64,000 bases of DNA, from positions 32,001 to 96,000 of IMG/VR virus record IMGVR_UViG_3300003690_003155; one strand, written 5' to 3'. The position numbers and the translations under genes are program-made. Below are positions 37,035 to 47,643 of the stretch, piece after piece. The notes below the pieces were generated by a model that was not told the DNA's origin, did not search any database, and saw nothing but the letters and a program-made list of their open reading frames with translations. The DNA comes from a virus. Positions within the stretch are counted from its first letter, which is position 1. Every line of letters begins with the position of its first letter.

Positions 37035-38142
37035 CTTGTTGGTCTAATATAGCAGTTTCATCTAATGATTTACCATATCGGTATTTTTCATTTATAGATG
37101 ATTCTATATTAGGTAAGATAGAATTCCACAGTTTTTCATCGTTGCGCCAATTTTTATAATATCCTAATTTTTTATCTCCCATGCTATATGTAGAACCGTT
37201 TTGTTGAATAATGCCATGAGCAACGGCTACCTCTTTTAAACCAGAATATTTTTCTAACCCGGTTTTAAAATTTAAATATGCTTCTGCTTGTAAAAACGCT
37301 GGTATGAATCTATTTTTTATAGTAAGCATTCGAAGAGTAACTCCTGAGTAATTTCTACTTTCTGTTAATGCTTCGTCGCTGTCATTTGAAGCATCAGTTC
37401 TTTCTTTCTTCGCTGCCATTTGGACTAATAAGGAGGCCATGTACATAGGACCCGAACCACCAGCTTGTTGCTTGACTAAGGTAGGATGGAGTGCACCAGG
37501 ATCAGCATATGTGTGATTACTACATATAATAGTCGTACCAGTTACGGCAGCTTTAAATGTAATAATGCGCATCATGGATTTAAGCTGCTTAGCTCGGAGC
37601 CCCATGTCCATGGCTCCTTTATTAGCCTCAGCATCAGCAATTTCTTTTGATGATGCTAAATTTCCAAGAGAATCAATCGATATAATAAATTTTCCGTGAA
37701 GTTCTGGTTCTTCTTCAACCCCGTCTAAGAATGCAACGAGTTGATTACGACAGTTTTCAACAGTATCAACCGGAACATATTTTACATTTGAAACGTCAAG
37801 ACCTACGTTTTCAGCTCCTTCTTTTTCAATAGCAATTTCAGTATCAAATATTACAGGAACCATTCCTTTTTCTTGAGCTTTAGCAAGAATTTTATTTAAA
37901 ATAAAAGTTTTACCACATTGAGGCTCTCCAGCAAAAATTGTTATTCTTCCTTTTGGTACACCGCCATATAGTGAACCGGATAAAATTGAATTTAATACTA
38001 AGCATCCGGTATCGATCCACTCAGTTACATTACTTAGCGTATTTTCTTCTAGAGTAGTTGCGTTTCTATTAAGCTTCTGTAATTTAGCAAATGCTTTATC
38101 AACAAGAGTCTTATCGTACGCCTTTTCAGCATATTTTGACAT
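37027..38142 (-). CDS. uvsX: RecA-like recombinase
   Basis: IDTGCLVLN, GGVPKGRIT, GEPQCGKT, FDTE, IDSLGNL, DMG, NHTY. Confidence 0.95.
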   Translation of the reverse strand: MSKYAEKAYDKTLVDKAFAKLQKLNRNATTLEENTLSNVTEWIDTGCLVLNSILSGSLYGGVPKGRITIFAGEPQCGKTFILNKILAKAQEKGMVPVIFDTEIAIEKEGAENVGLDVSNVKYVPVDTVENCRNQLVAFLDGVEEEPELHGKFIISIDSLGNLASSKEIADAEANKGAMDMGLRAKQLKSMMRIITFKAAVTGTTIICSNHTYADPGALHPTLVKQQAGGSGPMYMASLLVQMAAKKERTDASNDSDEALTESRNYSGVTLRMLTIKNRFIPAFLQAEAYLNFKTGLEKYSGLKEVAVAHGIIQQNGSTYSMGDKKLGYYKNWRNDEKLWNSILPNIESSINEKYRYGKSLDETAILDQQDE

Positions 38143-38143
38143 A

Positions 38144-38503
38144 TTAGTCTTCGAATAATGTTACTTCAGGAATATTTTCTTCTAAGACTTCTACAGGAGG
38201 TTCTGGGTTTGGTTCTGAAACTACATTAACATTAATCTTACCAGTGTAATGCTCTAAGATTTTATCAGAAATGGTAACCTCAAGCTCGGTATACTGATCA
38301 TTAGTATAGTTAAAAATAGCAGGCTTGCCAGAAGAAAATTCAGTAAAGAATAGAGGCATAACATCTACTTTCATGTTTGACGCGTCATTGGGCGTTACCA
38401 TGATCATTGCGGGAGATTTTACTCGCATATTTGATTCCGTCTTTTCAATTAATTCTCCGAAGCAAGTCCTACCAATGCTGTCAATATATGTGATAATATC
38501 CAT
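38144..38503 (-). CDS. Hypothetical protein (possible Sm-like fold)
   Basis: IDSIGRTCFGEL...VKSPAMI beta pattern; has its own promoter. Confidence 0.7.
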   Translation of the reverse strand: MDIITYIDSIGRTCFGELIEKTESNMRVKSPAMIMVTPNDASNMKVDVMPLFFTEFSSGKPAIFNYTNDQYTELEVTISDKILEHYTGKINVNVVSEPNPEPPVEVLEENIPEVTLFED

Positions 38504-38509
38504 ATAAGT

Positions 38510-38537
38510 ATTATATTAACTATATTTTAATTTGCAA
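38510..38537 (-). promoter_or_regulatory. Sigma70-like promoter heading the uvsX-queC-guaC-gp41 operon
   Basis: TTGCAA-N16-TATAAT-N6-ATG. Confidence 0.7.
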
Positions 38538-41181
38538 GGTCAACTTTAAAGAAATCAAATAAATCTAAATTTACAGCTTGACCTGGTTTAAATGTCTTCC
38601 AGTCCACGTTTTCATAGAAGCGATCAATAACGCTATAAACAATTTTGTCGAACATTTTTTCGTAGTCTACTTTAAAATCTTTTTCAAATTCTACTGGTAA
38701 GTTATATTTAAAACCCAGCGAGTTTAAACCAAACTTATTGGGCATAGTATAAAAATAACGTATTTTATCACCAGAGCTAATATTTTCATGTTTACTGGAA
38801 ATATTATAATATTTTAAAAGGTTATTATAGTATATAGAAGACTTAACATGAATTGGAGTTCCTTTTTTTACTTTCCAATCTTTTGCGTAAATACTGTATT
38901 TTTCGTAATCTCTTACTCCCATGACAAATGCAATGTCTTTTATGGGTAATGACTTAAAAATTTCATATGTCTCTTCAAAAATTTCATTTGTAGATTTTTG
39001 ATTTTCAGTCATGATCATGTGTTCTATGATTTTTTTAACATATGGTTTGATTGCATTAGGCATTGTAGTTCTAACTACCTCAACACCAGTATATTTGAAT
39101 TTATTACATACAATTCCTTCGTCGTCTAATTTATGTAGTACGTATCGTTTTTTTTGTAAAAATACTCCCTTATCACAAATTGACTCTCTTTTAAAGATAA
39201 ACCTAGGATCATTAGTTAGTAGTGTTTCTTTTGCCCATTTCTTAATATGCACGTTTAAATCGTCTTCTATATCTTGAACAAGATTATATACCTCTTCGTT
39301 AATATTATTGTCCTTATGCAAGGATACCCCTATATGATCTAGTAAAGGAGTAATAGTACAATATAAGCTATCTGTATCGTTATATATGATTGGGTCGTTT
39401 TTTTCGAGGTTTTTATCGGTTAATCCGGTTTTCTTTTTAATATAATTTCTTAAAATAATATTACTCTGTTTTATGACATCTCTCCCAGTTAATGTAATTG
39501 ATCTTGCGATATCGCCATCAGCCATCGCCGAGTTTTTGTTACCAAAATACCCATAAATACGGTTGATAAGGATTTTTAACGTAAATTGCCCAATCCAAAA
39601 TTGATCGATATTATATTGTGTGTCTGTAATTTCTTTCTCCAGTTTAATCTTATTGTCTTTATTTTTTTCTTTTTTAAGCTTAAGACATAATTGGTGTTTT
39701 CTTTCACGAGCCATGGTCCATTGCTTCTTTTTCTTTGATCTTATTTTATAGAAGTGTTCTGTAATGCGTGGAAAAATTCCTTTGACTTTTTGTGAAAAAA
39801 GCTTTTTTGCTCTTGTGACTGCTATTTCATTTTTAGTACACCACGTGTTAAAATCCCCGTAAGACATCTCAATATCTTTGTTATTTACTGTCTTTATATA
39901 TACTTTACCGTTATCAGTACCAATAATGCTTCCTACTTTAGTTTCCGGGCTTAAGTTAAGAGTTATCATGACACTAGGGTATAGGGAATTAGCATCAAAT
40001 GATATAATATTCTTCTGAAACCCACGTTTTGGTTCACTTACATATGCACCTTCGTATTTCCCAGTACGGTCGTCATCTTTTATAAAAGTTGGAATAACAC
40101 GAGGTGGGTTTGATTTTCTTGCTTCAACAATCGCACGACCGTTAACTGTACTAATAGTACCGAGAGCAGCGTTAAATGGTGTTAACCCTATGTATGACAG
40201 CATTCTTGCTAGATCCATATACATAAGCTTAGCTTCAAGCTTTACTAACAGTCTCACATCTTGGATGTTATAGTCTACAAATTTGTCCCAGTTATCAATA
40301 GACAGTACCGCAAGGTTAGTTTCTCCTATATCTACCTTGTTCTCTCCTAGTTCTATGTGAGCTATGTTATCTAGCTTATAACTGTCTCTCATGCCCAGAC
40401 TGAAGGTTTTATACACATCGAGATAATCTAACATTGTTACACCTTCGACCACATATTTCGATGTTTGCTTACCAAAATTACCACGATACACTCGTTGATA
40501 AATTGGCTTCATAATTTCATCATGAACAGGCGAAAACCGGCGCGTAGTATCTTCTCCTAGTACATTTCTAACTCGATTAATTACATACGGAATATCAAAA
40601 ACCTCACTAGCCCACCCAGATAAAATATCAGGCCGAACCTCACAATAAAAGTCTAAAAATTTCTGTAATAACTCGGTTTCGGTCTTACAATAAACATATT
40701 TTACGTCGTTAGATTTTGGTTTATATTTGTTAATACCCCATGTAAAGTACATTTTTTCTACAGTATCGTAAACTGTAATTACGTTAATAGGATGGCTTGC
40801 TTCATCTGGTTTTGGAAACTCATCAGGGGAATATGTTTCAATATCAAAGAACCAAATTTTTAGCGGAAATTTACTAAAATTATCATTTTCATGAACCTCC
40901 CAAAACCTGTCAACTAAAAATTGTTGATACGGGGAAATATTCTCATAAATTTTATGATCACTAAGATCTTCAATTTTTCTTCTTCTATCTAATTCACTAT
41001 TAGAATTGATTCTGCGTAATTTTGTACCATATAATGATATTGCATCATGACGATTTGAATTTGTTTCACAATAGAAATATGGCTGATACGGGCAATCAGT
41101 TTCAATTCTGTTTCCGTCTTCATCCCATGTGTAAAGCCGCATTACACGCTGGTTTGGTATGTATGCTAAATTTCTATACAC
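38527..41181 (-). CDS. gp43: Family B DNA polymerase
   Basis: Exo FDIET, FDIPY, YNIQDV; Pol SFDANSLYPS, KILINRIYGYFG, YNDTDS, KKRY; GTG start; uninterrupted. Confidence 0.98.
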   Translation of the reverse strand: MYRNLAYIPNQRVMRLYTWDEDGNRIETDCPYQPYFYCETNSNRHDAISLYGTKLRRINSNSELDRRRKIEDLSDHKIYENISPYQQFLVDRFWEVHENDNFSKFPLKIWFFDIETYSPDEFPKPDEASHPINVITVYDTVEKMYFTWGINKYKPKSNDVKYVYCKTETELLQKFLDFYCEVRPDILSGWASEVFDIPYVINRVRNVLGEDTTRRFSPVHDEIMKPIYQRVYRGNFGKQTSKYVVEGVTMLDYLDVYKTFSLGMRDSYKLDNIAHIELGENKVDIGETNLAVLSIDNWDKFVDYNIQDVRLLVKLEAKLMYMDLARMLSYIGLTPFNAALGTISTVNGRAIVEARKSNPPRVIPTFIKDDDRTGKYEGAYVSEPKRGFQKNIISFDANSLYPSVMITLNLSPETKVGSIIGTDNGKVYIKTVNNKDIEMSYGDFNTWCTKNEIAVTRAKKLFSQKVKGIFPRITEHFYKIRSKKKKQWTMARERKHQLCLKLKKEKNKDNKIKLEKEITDTQYNIDQFWIGQFTLKILINRIYGYFGNKNSAMADGDIARSITLTGRDVIKQSNIILRNYIKKKTGLTDKNLEKNDPIIYNDTDSLYCTITPLLDHIGVSLHKDNNINEEVYNLVQDIEDDLNVHIKKWAKETLLTNDPRFIFKRESICDKGVFLQKKRYVLHKLDDEGIVCNKFKYTGVEVVRTTMPNAIKPYVKKIIEHMIMTENQKSTNEIFEETYEIFKSLPIKDIAFVMGVRDYEKYSIYAKDWKVKKGTPIHVKSSIYYNNLLKYYNISSKHENISSGDKIRYFYTMPNKFGLNSLGFKYNLPVEFEKDFKVDYEKMFDKIVYSVIDRFYENVDWKTFKPGQAVNLDLFDFFKVDLAN

Positions 41182-41187
41182 GCGCTT

Positions 41188-41216
41188 AGTATAATGAAAA
41201 TTAAGAAAAAAATCAA
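41188..41216 (-). promoter_or_regulatory. Sigma70-like promoter for gp43
   Basis: TTGATT-N17-TATACT-N6-GTG. Confidence 0.7.
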
Positions 41217-42445
41217 CTGATTTCGTTTTTTAGATTAATTAATTTTCGGCGTTTATCTCCATATGGGAATGAGTAAAGCTCAGTATAAAAATCAATATTA
41301 TCTTCCATCCATCTATTGTTCATATATCCACGAGCTCTCTTAACTTCTTTTATATATTTCTTATAATCCTTAGTTAAATATTCTATTTTATTCACCAAAT
41401 CATCTCCAGTTTTAAATTTATGAAATGCGGAATCATATGTACATAAATCCTGACAAATGCACGGAATTCCAAAGGCACAAGATTCAATAAATTTTAAATT
41501 ACTCTTAGCTTTATTAAAATTACTATCTTCTAACGGTGCATAAAAAATAGTCGGATTAAATTTAGTAATATATTCTGGATAATCGACAAGACTTGTCCAT
41601 GTCCAATATTCGATTTTTTTTGTCTGAACTAAATCTCTAAGAGATAGAGGGAATCCTCCTACAAAAACCCATGTAAATTTATCTACAGTTTTTCTTATTG
41701 TATCAATAATGTGATGGAAATCATCTCGTTGTCCGACTTTGTTATCAACGTCAAAATGCGCACCACTTCCGCAATAAACAATACGAGGCTTACTTTTATA
41801 TTTTTGATAATTTTCGCGTATAGTATTAAAATTAAAAAATCGGTCCATCCAAAATTTAGGAATAAAATTAGGTATTATTGTAACGTTTTTATTACCAGTT
41901 TTCTCAATATAATATTCTTTCATGAATTTATTTGTAACAGTAATTTCGTCGCACATTTGCATAATCTCCATACTTGTTTTTCTGATGTTTGGATCATCAA
42001 AAGCAAATTTAAATTTATTATAATCAGGAATATCTTCTTTAAAAATTATATCGTCAATTTCATATATAATTTTAAAGTTAAGTTCTTTGGATAATTCTTT
42101 TAACCATTTTATATAACTAAATTGAGCGTCTGTAGCTTGTCTCTGTATGCGAACTGTCTTGACCCCTCTATAAAAGTTTTTATCTCCTATCATTACAGTA
42201 CCGCCTTGTACATTTACCTTGTTACCATAACAATTAAGTAGTAATTCAGGCCATATCATCCTCCAATGACCACACCCAGAATAATCAGCATAAAAATTTA
42301 AACCACGCGGTAAATCTGGCGCCTTATGACCAATCTCGCTCGTCGCTATTTGAGGCGGAGTAGGTAGAGCATTTACAAGAGGGTTACTTATTGACACCGG
42401 TGAAAACGGTAATCGGTTTGTTGTATACTGAAACGGTGTAATCAT
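41213..42445 (-). CDS. GT-B-like glycosyltransferase
   Basis: SGCGHWRM, IYEIDD, CDEITVT, IPNF, APLEDSNFNKAKSNLKFIE, GIPCI. Confidence 0.85.
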   Translation of the reverse strand: MITPFQYTTNRLPFSPVSISNPLVNALPTPPQIATSEIGHKAPDLPRGLNFYADYSGCGHWRMIWPELLLNCYGNKVNVQGGTVMIGDKNFYRGVKTVRIQRQATDAQFSYIKWLKELSKELNFKIIYEIDDIIFKEDIPDYNKFKFAFDDPNIRKTSMEIMQMCDEITVTNKFMKEYYIEKTGNKNVTIIPNFIPKFWMDRFFNFNTIRENYQKYKSKPRIVYCGSGAHFDVDNKVGQRDDFHHIIDTIRKTVDKFTWVFVGGFPLSLRDLVQTKKIEYWTWTSLVDYPEYITKFNPTIFYAPLEDSNFNKAKSNLKFIESCAFGIPCICQDLCTYDSAFHKFKTGDDLVNKIEYLTKDYKKYIKEVKRARGYMNNRWMEDNIDFYTELYSFPYGDKRRKLINLKNEIS

Positions 42446-42454
42446 TATAAAAAT

Positions 42455-44281
42455 TTATATTAAATTATTAGATAAGTCCACTCTATTAGTGATACTATTC
42501 TTTTTTTCTAGAACTATAACTTCACCAGTTGCTGCTTTTACTGATTCCTTTCTATGTGAAATAATATATATACTTTCCTTATGTTGCTCGACTCGCTCTT
42601 TAATTATATTCAATATTAACTCTACTCCCTTTTCATCTAAAGAAGTATCTAGTAGTTCATCAAATATTACCAAATTATACGCTATATCTCCCTGGAGCCT
42701 CCTCATATCCATAAATGTAAATAACATAGCGAGGTCTATACTTTTTCTCTCAGCACCAGAAAAGTTAAAATAAGAACATTCTTGATTTTTTTCATTTACT
42801 ATTTCTTCTTCAAAATATTCATTAAACCTACAAATACAGTTAGCATCCATTTTTTGTAAATAATAAAGCAATTGATTATTTAGTACATCTAAAATCTTTT
42901 TTACTATAAAGGATTTAACGCCTTCTTCTGATAAAATATATTTTACTATTTCTAATATTTCTAAATCTGAATATATATTATTTGACAATTCCTCTAATTC
43001 ATTGACTTCTTTTATTTTCGTTTTTATTTTAAAGTCTAAATCTGTTATTTCTATATTGGTTTCTTTTTTTTGCACTTCACATAGTTCTTTTTTATTTTTT
43101 TTAAGATCTTTTGTAAGGGTGCTAATATATGTTATTGTTAATTTATTATTATTGTGTACGGTTTTAATATTAGAAATATATTCATTAAGTTGACCTTCTG
43201 CTAATAAATTGATATTTCTTAAATCTAAAATACTTTTTTGCTGGTGATTAATACTTTCAATATCTTGATCACAGTTATTAATATCTTTTTTAATTTTATT
43301 TTTTTCTTTTTTAATATGTGTTCTATCATTATTAGTAATTTGATGTAGGCATGTAGGACAAACATTTTCATCAGTGCCAATATCAATAAGCTGTTTATTA
43401 TAGAACTTTACTTCTGTTTGATGTTGAGTGATTTTAGTAGAATTAGAATCTAATTGTTTCTGTATTTCATTTAATTTAATTTTAATATGTTGTAGTTTAT
43501 TTTTACTTTTACTGTACAGGTCCTTATTTATATCTTTTATTTTTTGTTTATTTCTTGTTATATCGTCATTGATAATTTCAAGTCGCTCTTTAATTTTATT
43601 TTTCTGTTCAGTAATATTACTTATAATTTTATTTTTTTGTTCTTCAAGAAGTTTATAGATATTACTTGCATGGTCAAAATCTTTCGTAATATGTTCGTAT
43701 TTTTTCTGGACATCGTTATATTCTGATCTAGCTTTTAAAAGCATATCAGAGAATATTTCTAAATTTAAAATACCCTCGATGAACTTTCTTTTTTCTACTT
43801 TCTTTTGTGCCATGAACGGTAAAGTAGAATTAAGAGACATTATTACACAGTTCTGAAAGACTTCTGGAGAGCTGTTAAGTATTAATTTTATTTTTTTATT
43901 TGTATTAGGAATAGTACTCTCAGTAACATCAATATCATCAATAAATAAATAACACTTTGTTGGTTTTAGTTTACGTACTATTCTATAGTTTTTAATTTTA
44001 TTATTTTCATTTATTGAAAATTGTAAATCAACATATGTATTTTTTTTATTTATATAATTTACGATGAACTCTTTTGATAATTCCCTTATTGTTTCTCCGA
44101 ATATAGCAAAATGTATAGCATCAGCTATTGTAGATTTACCGACACCATTTCTTCTATCTTCTTTATCTCTGTTTATACCAGTAATAATATTTAAACCGGT
44201 TCGGAAATTAATTTCAATCGGTTCATTTCCGATAGAGAGAAAATTACAAATTTTTACACATTTAAAATTTACGTATTTCAT
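42455..44281 (-). CDS. gp46: Recombination endonuclease ATPase subunit (SbcC/Rad50-like)
   Basis: NFLSIGN, NGVGKST, zinc hook CPTC, FSGAE, IFDE, ISH. Confidence 0.96.
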   Translation of the reverse strand: MKYVNFKCVKICNFLSIGNEPIEINFRTGLNIITGINRDKEDRRNGVGKSTIADAIHFAIFGETIRELSKEFIVNYINKKNTYVDLQFSINENNKIKNYRIVRKLKPTKCYLFIDDIDVTESTIPNTNKKIKLILNSSPEVFQNCVIMSLNSTLPFMAQKKVEKRKFIEGILNLEIFSDMLLKARSEYNDVQKKYEHITKDFDHASNIYKLLEEQKNKIISNITEQKNKIKERLEIINDDITRNKQKIKDINKDLYSKSKNKLQHIKIKLNEIQKQLDSNSTKITQHQTEVKFYNKQLIDIGTDENVCPTCLHQITNNDRTHIKKEKNKIKKDINNCDQDIESINHQQKSILDLRNINLLAEGQLNEYISNIKTVHNNNKLTITYISTLTKDLKKNKKELCEVQKKETNIEITDLDFKIKTKIKEVNELEELSNNIYSDLEILEIVKYILSEEGVKSFIVKKILDVLNNQLLYYLQKMDANCICRFNEYFEEEIVNEKNQECSYFNFSGAERKSIDLAMLFTFMDMRRLQGDIAYNLVIFDELLDTSLDEKGVELILNIIKERVEQHKESIYIISHRKESVKAATGEVIVLEKKNSITNRVDLSNNLI

Positions 44282-45321
44282 GTAAACTGATTATATAAGC
44301 TTACTGTTTTCATTATTACCTTTTCTTTATTATCTATATCTAAAGATTCAACGTATTCTATAATACATTGCTTTATGTTTAAATCGCCAAGTTCATTTGT
44401 TAGCTGAATATTGTCTCCTATATTAAATTTATTTAAATAATCCGTCGTTAAGGAGAACGGAGATTCAAAATTTATTGATGCGATTATTTTATCAAGCAAA
44501 TTCGTTTTAATATCCTTATCTATAACGATTTTTATAGCGAGATTCGACCATCCTTTATGTTTCGCTATGTCTTTTAGCTTTTGAAGTTCGCTTAAATTAA
44601 CTTTTACATGCATTGGAGATACATTATTTTCAATAAATTCATATTTTATATTTTTACCACTAAAATCCAATATATAATATCCTTTTTGATCTCCGATATC
44701 GTGAAAATCCATTTGAAACGGGTTGCCTGCATAAACTATTTCTCCGTTTGAATATTTTCGTCGTTGTCTTTTGTGAAAATGCCCCGAAAAAATAAGCTTA
44801 GACTTTAAAAGTAGGTCGCAAGACTCGAATCCGAACTCACAAATCTTAAAACTATTAAAATTAAAATTTTGAACTTCAAAATGTCCTATTAATAGGTCAC
44901 AAGTTGGTATATTTTTAACAGGTGTTCCCCATGGACAAAAGCCAACCTCTTTATTATAGATTGTCTGTATGGTAGGTTTATCGATAATTGTAATATTTTT
45001 TCTGTTGTTTAATATTGACAACGAATGTACAGTAGAGTTATCTTTATAATAAGCATCATGATTACCAGGAATCATGGTTATTTCAAAATCTTTAAATAAG
45101 TCTAATAAGTTATTTGCAAAATGAAGAGATTTTACGTTTATTTCGTCTCGATAGTGAAAAAAGTCTCCCCCAAAAATTAATTCTGTAATTTTTTGTGATT
45201 TTAATTGGCTCGTAAACCACTTGGCCCATGAAAGAGTAACATCGTGCCATTTTTCACTATTTTGATGTATACCTATATGTAGATCGGAAAAAAATCCGAT
45301 TCTTTTGCTATTTAAAGACAT
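44278..45321 (-). CDS. gp47: Recombination endonuclease nuclease subunit (SbcD/Mre11-like)
   Basis: SDLHIG, GDFF, PGNHD, GHFE, SGHFH. Confidence 0.96.
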   Translation of the reverse strand: MSLNSKRIGFFSDLHIGIHQNSEKWHDVTLSWAKWFTSQLKSQKITELIFGGDFFHYRDEINVKSLHFANNLLDLFKDFEITMIPGNHDAYYKDNSTVHSLSILNNRKNITIIDKPTIQTIYNKEVGFCPWGTPVKNIPTCDLLIGHFEVQNFNFNSFKICEFGFESCDLLLKSKLIFSGHFHKRQRRKYSNGEIVYAGNPFQMDFHDIGDQKGYYILDFSGKNIKYEFIENNVSPMHVKVNLSELQKLKDIAKHKGWSNLAIKIVIDKDIKTNLLDKIIASINFESPFSLTTDYLNKFNIGDNIQLTNELGDLNIKQCIIEYVESLDIDNKEKVIMKTVSLYNQFT

Positions 45322-45774
45322 TTATGTATATAATTCTTGGTCGTAGTCCTTATTAGGAGCCTTATTAGAAGCATCCTCCTGACTTACTAGTTCTCCATAA
45401 ACTTGTTGTTGATAGTCGGTAATTGTTTGTCGATATTTTTTTTCTTTTTTTATTCTATTAATAAATGCATGATAGGCAATTGTCGTAAAATAAGAAAATG
45501 GGTTTGAAGGAGAGTCAATTCTAAATTTTTTATTCTTTACGGCCGCAACCATTTTTACTACTGCGTCGCCAATCATGTCATCTTTATAGCTATAATTTAT
45601 AAAGTTCGGCGAATAGCTTAATCCAACTGCAATTTTATAAACTGATGTAGCTAGATCATCTATTAAATCGTCTGTTACATAATAGTCTTTTAAGTGTTGT
45701 AAGAAATCTTTTGGATTAACGTAGTAAGTTTTTTTATTAGGTTTTTTTGATTTTTTTATTATTCTGGGCTTCAT
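45322..45774 (-). CDS. gp55: Late-transcription sigma factor
   Basis: YYVNPKDF, IAVGLSYSPNFINYSYKDDMIGDA, NPFSYFTTIAYHAFINRIKKEKK. Confidence 0.95.
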   Translation of the reverse strand: MKPRIIKKSKKPNKKTYYVNPKDFLQHLKDYYVTDDLIDDLATSVYKIAVGLSYSPNFINYSYKDDMIGDAVVKMVAAVKNKKFRIDSPSNPFSYFTTIAYHAFINRIKKEKKYRQTITDYQQQVYGELVSQEDASNKAPNKDYDQELYT

Positions 45775-47197
45775 TGTATTGTGTAAAATTATAATTTATA
45801 TGCTCGCTGTCATATAATGCTAAGCGTTGTTCTATATGGCGGCGACCATATCGTAAATTATCAGCGATATCAAAGATTATAAGTTCTTTTTTATCAATAT
45901 GCAACCGCAACCCGCGGCCTATACTTTGTATTATTTTGATTTTTGCCTTACCACCGCTAGCAAATACTATATAATGTAAATTTTTTATATTAATGCCTGT
46001 AGAGAATATTTTTGATATAGCGACAACTACTATGTTACTTTGTTCTTCCATCAGGGCTTGTATTTTCTTACGTTCATCTACGTCTACTTCTCCCCTAATA
46101 AAATATATTTGTTTAGTCTTACAGGAATTCTGTAATGTATTCATTAATATTTCACCATGCTCTATATATTCAATTAATATTAATACGTTGTTATCTAGCT
46201 TATTTGAAAGCTTTGCTAATAAATTATTTCTAAAGCAATTTTTACGTATAAATTCATTTTCTTGTAAATAATAAGCGTTAGAATTATTACCGTGATATAT
46301 TTCTGCCGAAGATGTATCGTAATTTAATTCTAAGACATGAACCTTAGCTGGAACAACATATTTTTCTTCTCTTAGTTCGTAAGCTTTTTTTTCAAATAAT
46401 TGAGGTCCTATTTTACCAAATATATTCCATTTATCTAATAACTCGTCTGGTAAGGTCCCGGTGAAGCCGAATCGATGGGATGTATCTATTCTCTTAAGAA
46501 TATTATTTATTTTATTTCCTCTTCTTACTTTATGTACTTCATCTACGATAAGAAAGTCTATATGCTTTATCCATGATATATCTTGCTTTGAACTTTGTAA
46601 AATACCTAAATTAGCAATAATAACATTATTAGATAAATTTAATTTGTTTTTTCCTGTATATATAGTAGTAGAAAAGGAAACATTGTATTGCTTAAAATCA
46701 GACATAGTTTGATCGACTAATCCTAAGTCTGGAACTATAACTAATCCTTTAAAATTTTTACTATAATTTTTGTAATAAAATTCTAACAATCCCGCCATTG
46801 TAAGAGTCTTACCACCTGCAGTCGCGAGGATTACAGTACCTCTCCCTATGTCGATGCATTTGTTGATTATATCCTGTTGATATTCTCTATATTCTAAACT
46901 TAAATTATACTTAATAATATTATCTTTACGTAATGTAGGTACCAGTACGTTTTTTATTTCTTTTGTAAAATCAATTGTTATATCTTTTGTTTTACAGAAT
47001 TTTGTAATTTCTATTAATAATCCAACATCAGTTTTTCCTTGTTTAGTAATTACATAAGTTCGCTGTGGTACGAACCTACCAAACCTTCTTTGGAAATGTG
47101 CCGCTTCATTTTTTACACTAAAATGTTCTCTAATAATATCTAACTCAGGTCCCTCTATTACTGCTTGAGAGTTTGAATTTAATGTTATATTAATCAT
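45737..47197 (-). CDS. uvsW: SF2 DNA helicase
   Basis: REYQ, ATAGGKT, DEVH, GFTGT, FSTGINI, QSIGRGLR. Confidence 0.96.
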   Translation of the reverse strand: MINITLNSNSQAVIEGPELDIIREHFSVKNEAAHFQRRFGRFVPQRTYVITKQGKTDVGLLIEITKFCKTKDITIDFTKEIKNVLVPTLRKDNIIKYNLSLEYREYQQDIINKCIDIGRGTVILATAGGKTLTMAGLLEFYYKNYSKNFKGLVIVPDLGLVDQTMSDFKQYNVSFSTTIYTGKNKLNLSNNVIIANLGILQSSKQDISWIKHIDFLIVDEVHKVRRGNKINNILKRIDTSHRFGFTGTLPDELLDKWNIFGKIGPQLFEKKAYELREEKYVVPAKVHVLELNYDTSSAEIYHGNNSNAYYLQENEFIRKNCFRNNLLAKLSNKLDNNVLILIEYIEHGEILMNTLQNSCKTKQIYFIRGEVDVDERKKIQALMEEQSNIVVVAISKIFSTGINIKNLHYIVFASGGKAKIKIIQSIGRGLRLHIDKKELIIFDIADNLRYGRRHIEQRLALYDSEHINYNFTQYNEAQNNKKIKKT

Positions 47198-47598
47198 TGA
47201 GTCTCAAGCTTTATTAACTCTACTAAGTTTCTTATATCATTCGTAGCGAAGCTTATATTTTTATATATATTTTCTAAGAAATTAATAACAAGTGCTTCAT
47301 TTTCAATGCTTTGATCTATAATTTTTATTTCTTTTTTATTTTGTACTGCTCTTTCTGCTATAGATCTATTTACTCGAATAGGTTCTTTATCTTGATAAGC
47401 GGTTATATATTCATCAATAGTAGAAGAGCGCTTAAACTTTAAATTATTTAATTTAATTTTATGATTAATTAATCTAGCAGCCCATTTATGTTTATTAGAG
47501 ATTAATTGCTCTTGAGTAGAAGTTACGTCTAATCTAGAAAGATTCGTATCTACTCTTGCTTCATCTAAATACTGATTGATAATATCACCAATCTCCAT
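47194..47598 (-). CDS. uvsY: Recombination mediator (UvsY-like)
   Basis: 134 aa helical protein next to uvsW; KHKW and FATNDIRNLVELIKLE resemble the UvsY C-terminus. Confidence 0.7.
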   Translation of the reverse strand: MEIGDIINQYLDEARVDTNLSRLDVTSTQEQLISNKHKWAARLINHKIKLNNLKFKRSSTIDEYITAYQDKEPIRVNRSIAERAVQNKKEIKIIDQSIENEALVINFLENIYKNISFATNDIRNLVELIKLETQ

Positions 47599-47604
47599 TT
47601 ATTT

Positions 47605-47638
47605 ATTATAGTCTTTTATTTGGAAAATCAACTAAATA
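47605..47638. promoter_or_regulatory. Back-to-back sigma70-like (-) and late (+) promoters
   Basis: Minus strand: TTGATT-N15-TATAAT-N6-ATG(47598). Plus strand: TAAATA(47633-47638)-N5-ATG(47644). Confidence 0.65.
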
Positions 47639-47643
47639 TATAT

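Noticed and set aside
16851-41181. Introns, inteins or homing endonucleases in terminase, helicase, UvsX or polymerase
   Set aside because: All are continuous and of normal length, with no intein termini or HNH, GIY-YIG or LAGLIDADG motifs seen.
47620-47643. ORF-track starts at 47620, 49125, 50186, 51397 and 62836
   Set aside because: They overlap promoters or upstream genes. Downstream starts (47644, 49116, 50198, 51448, 62863) fit promoter spacing or paralogue alignment better.
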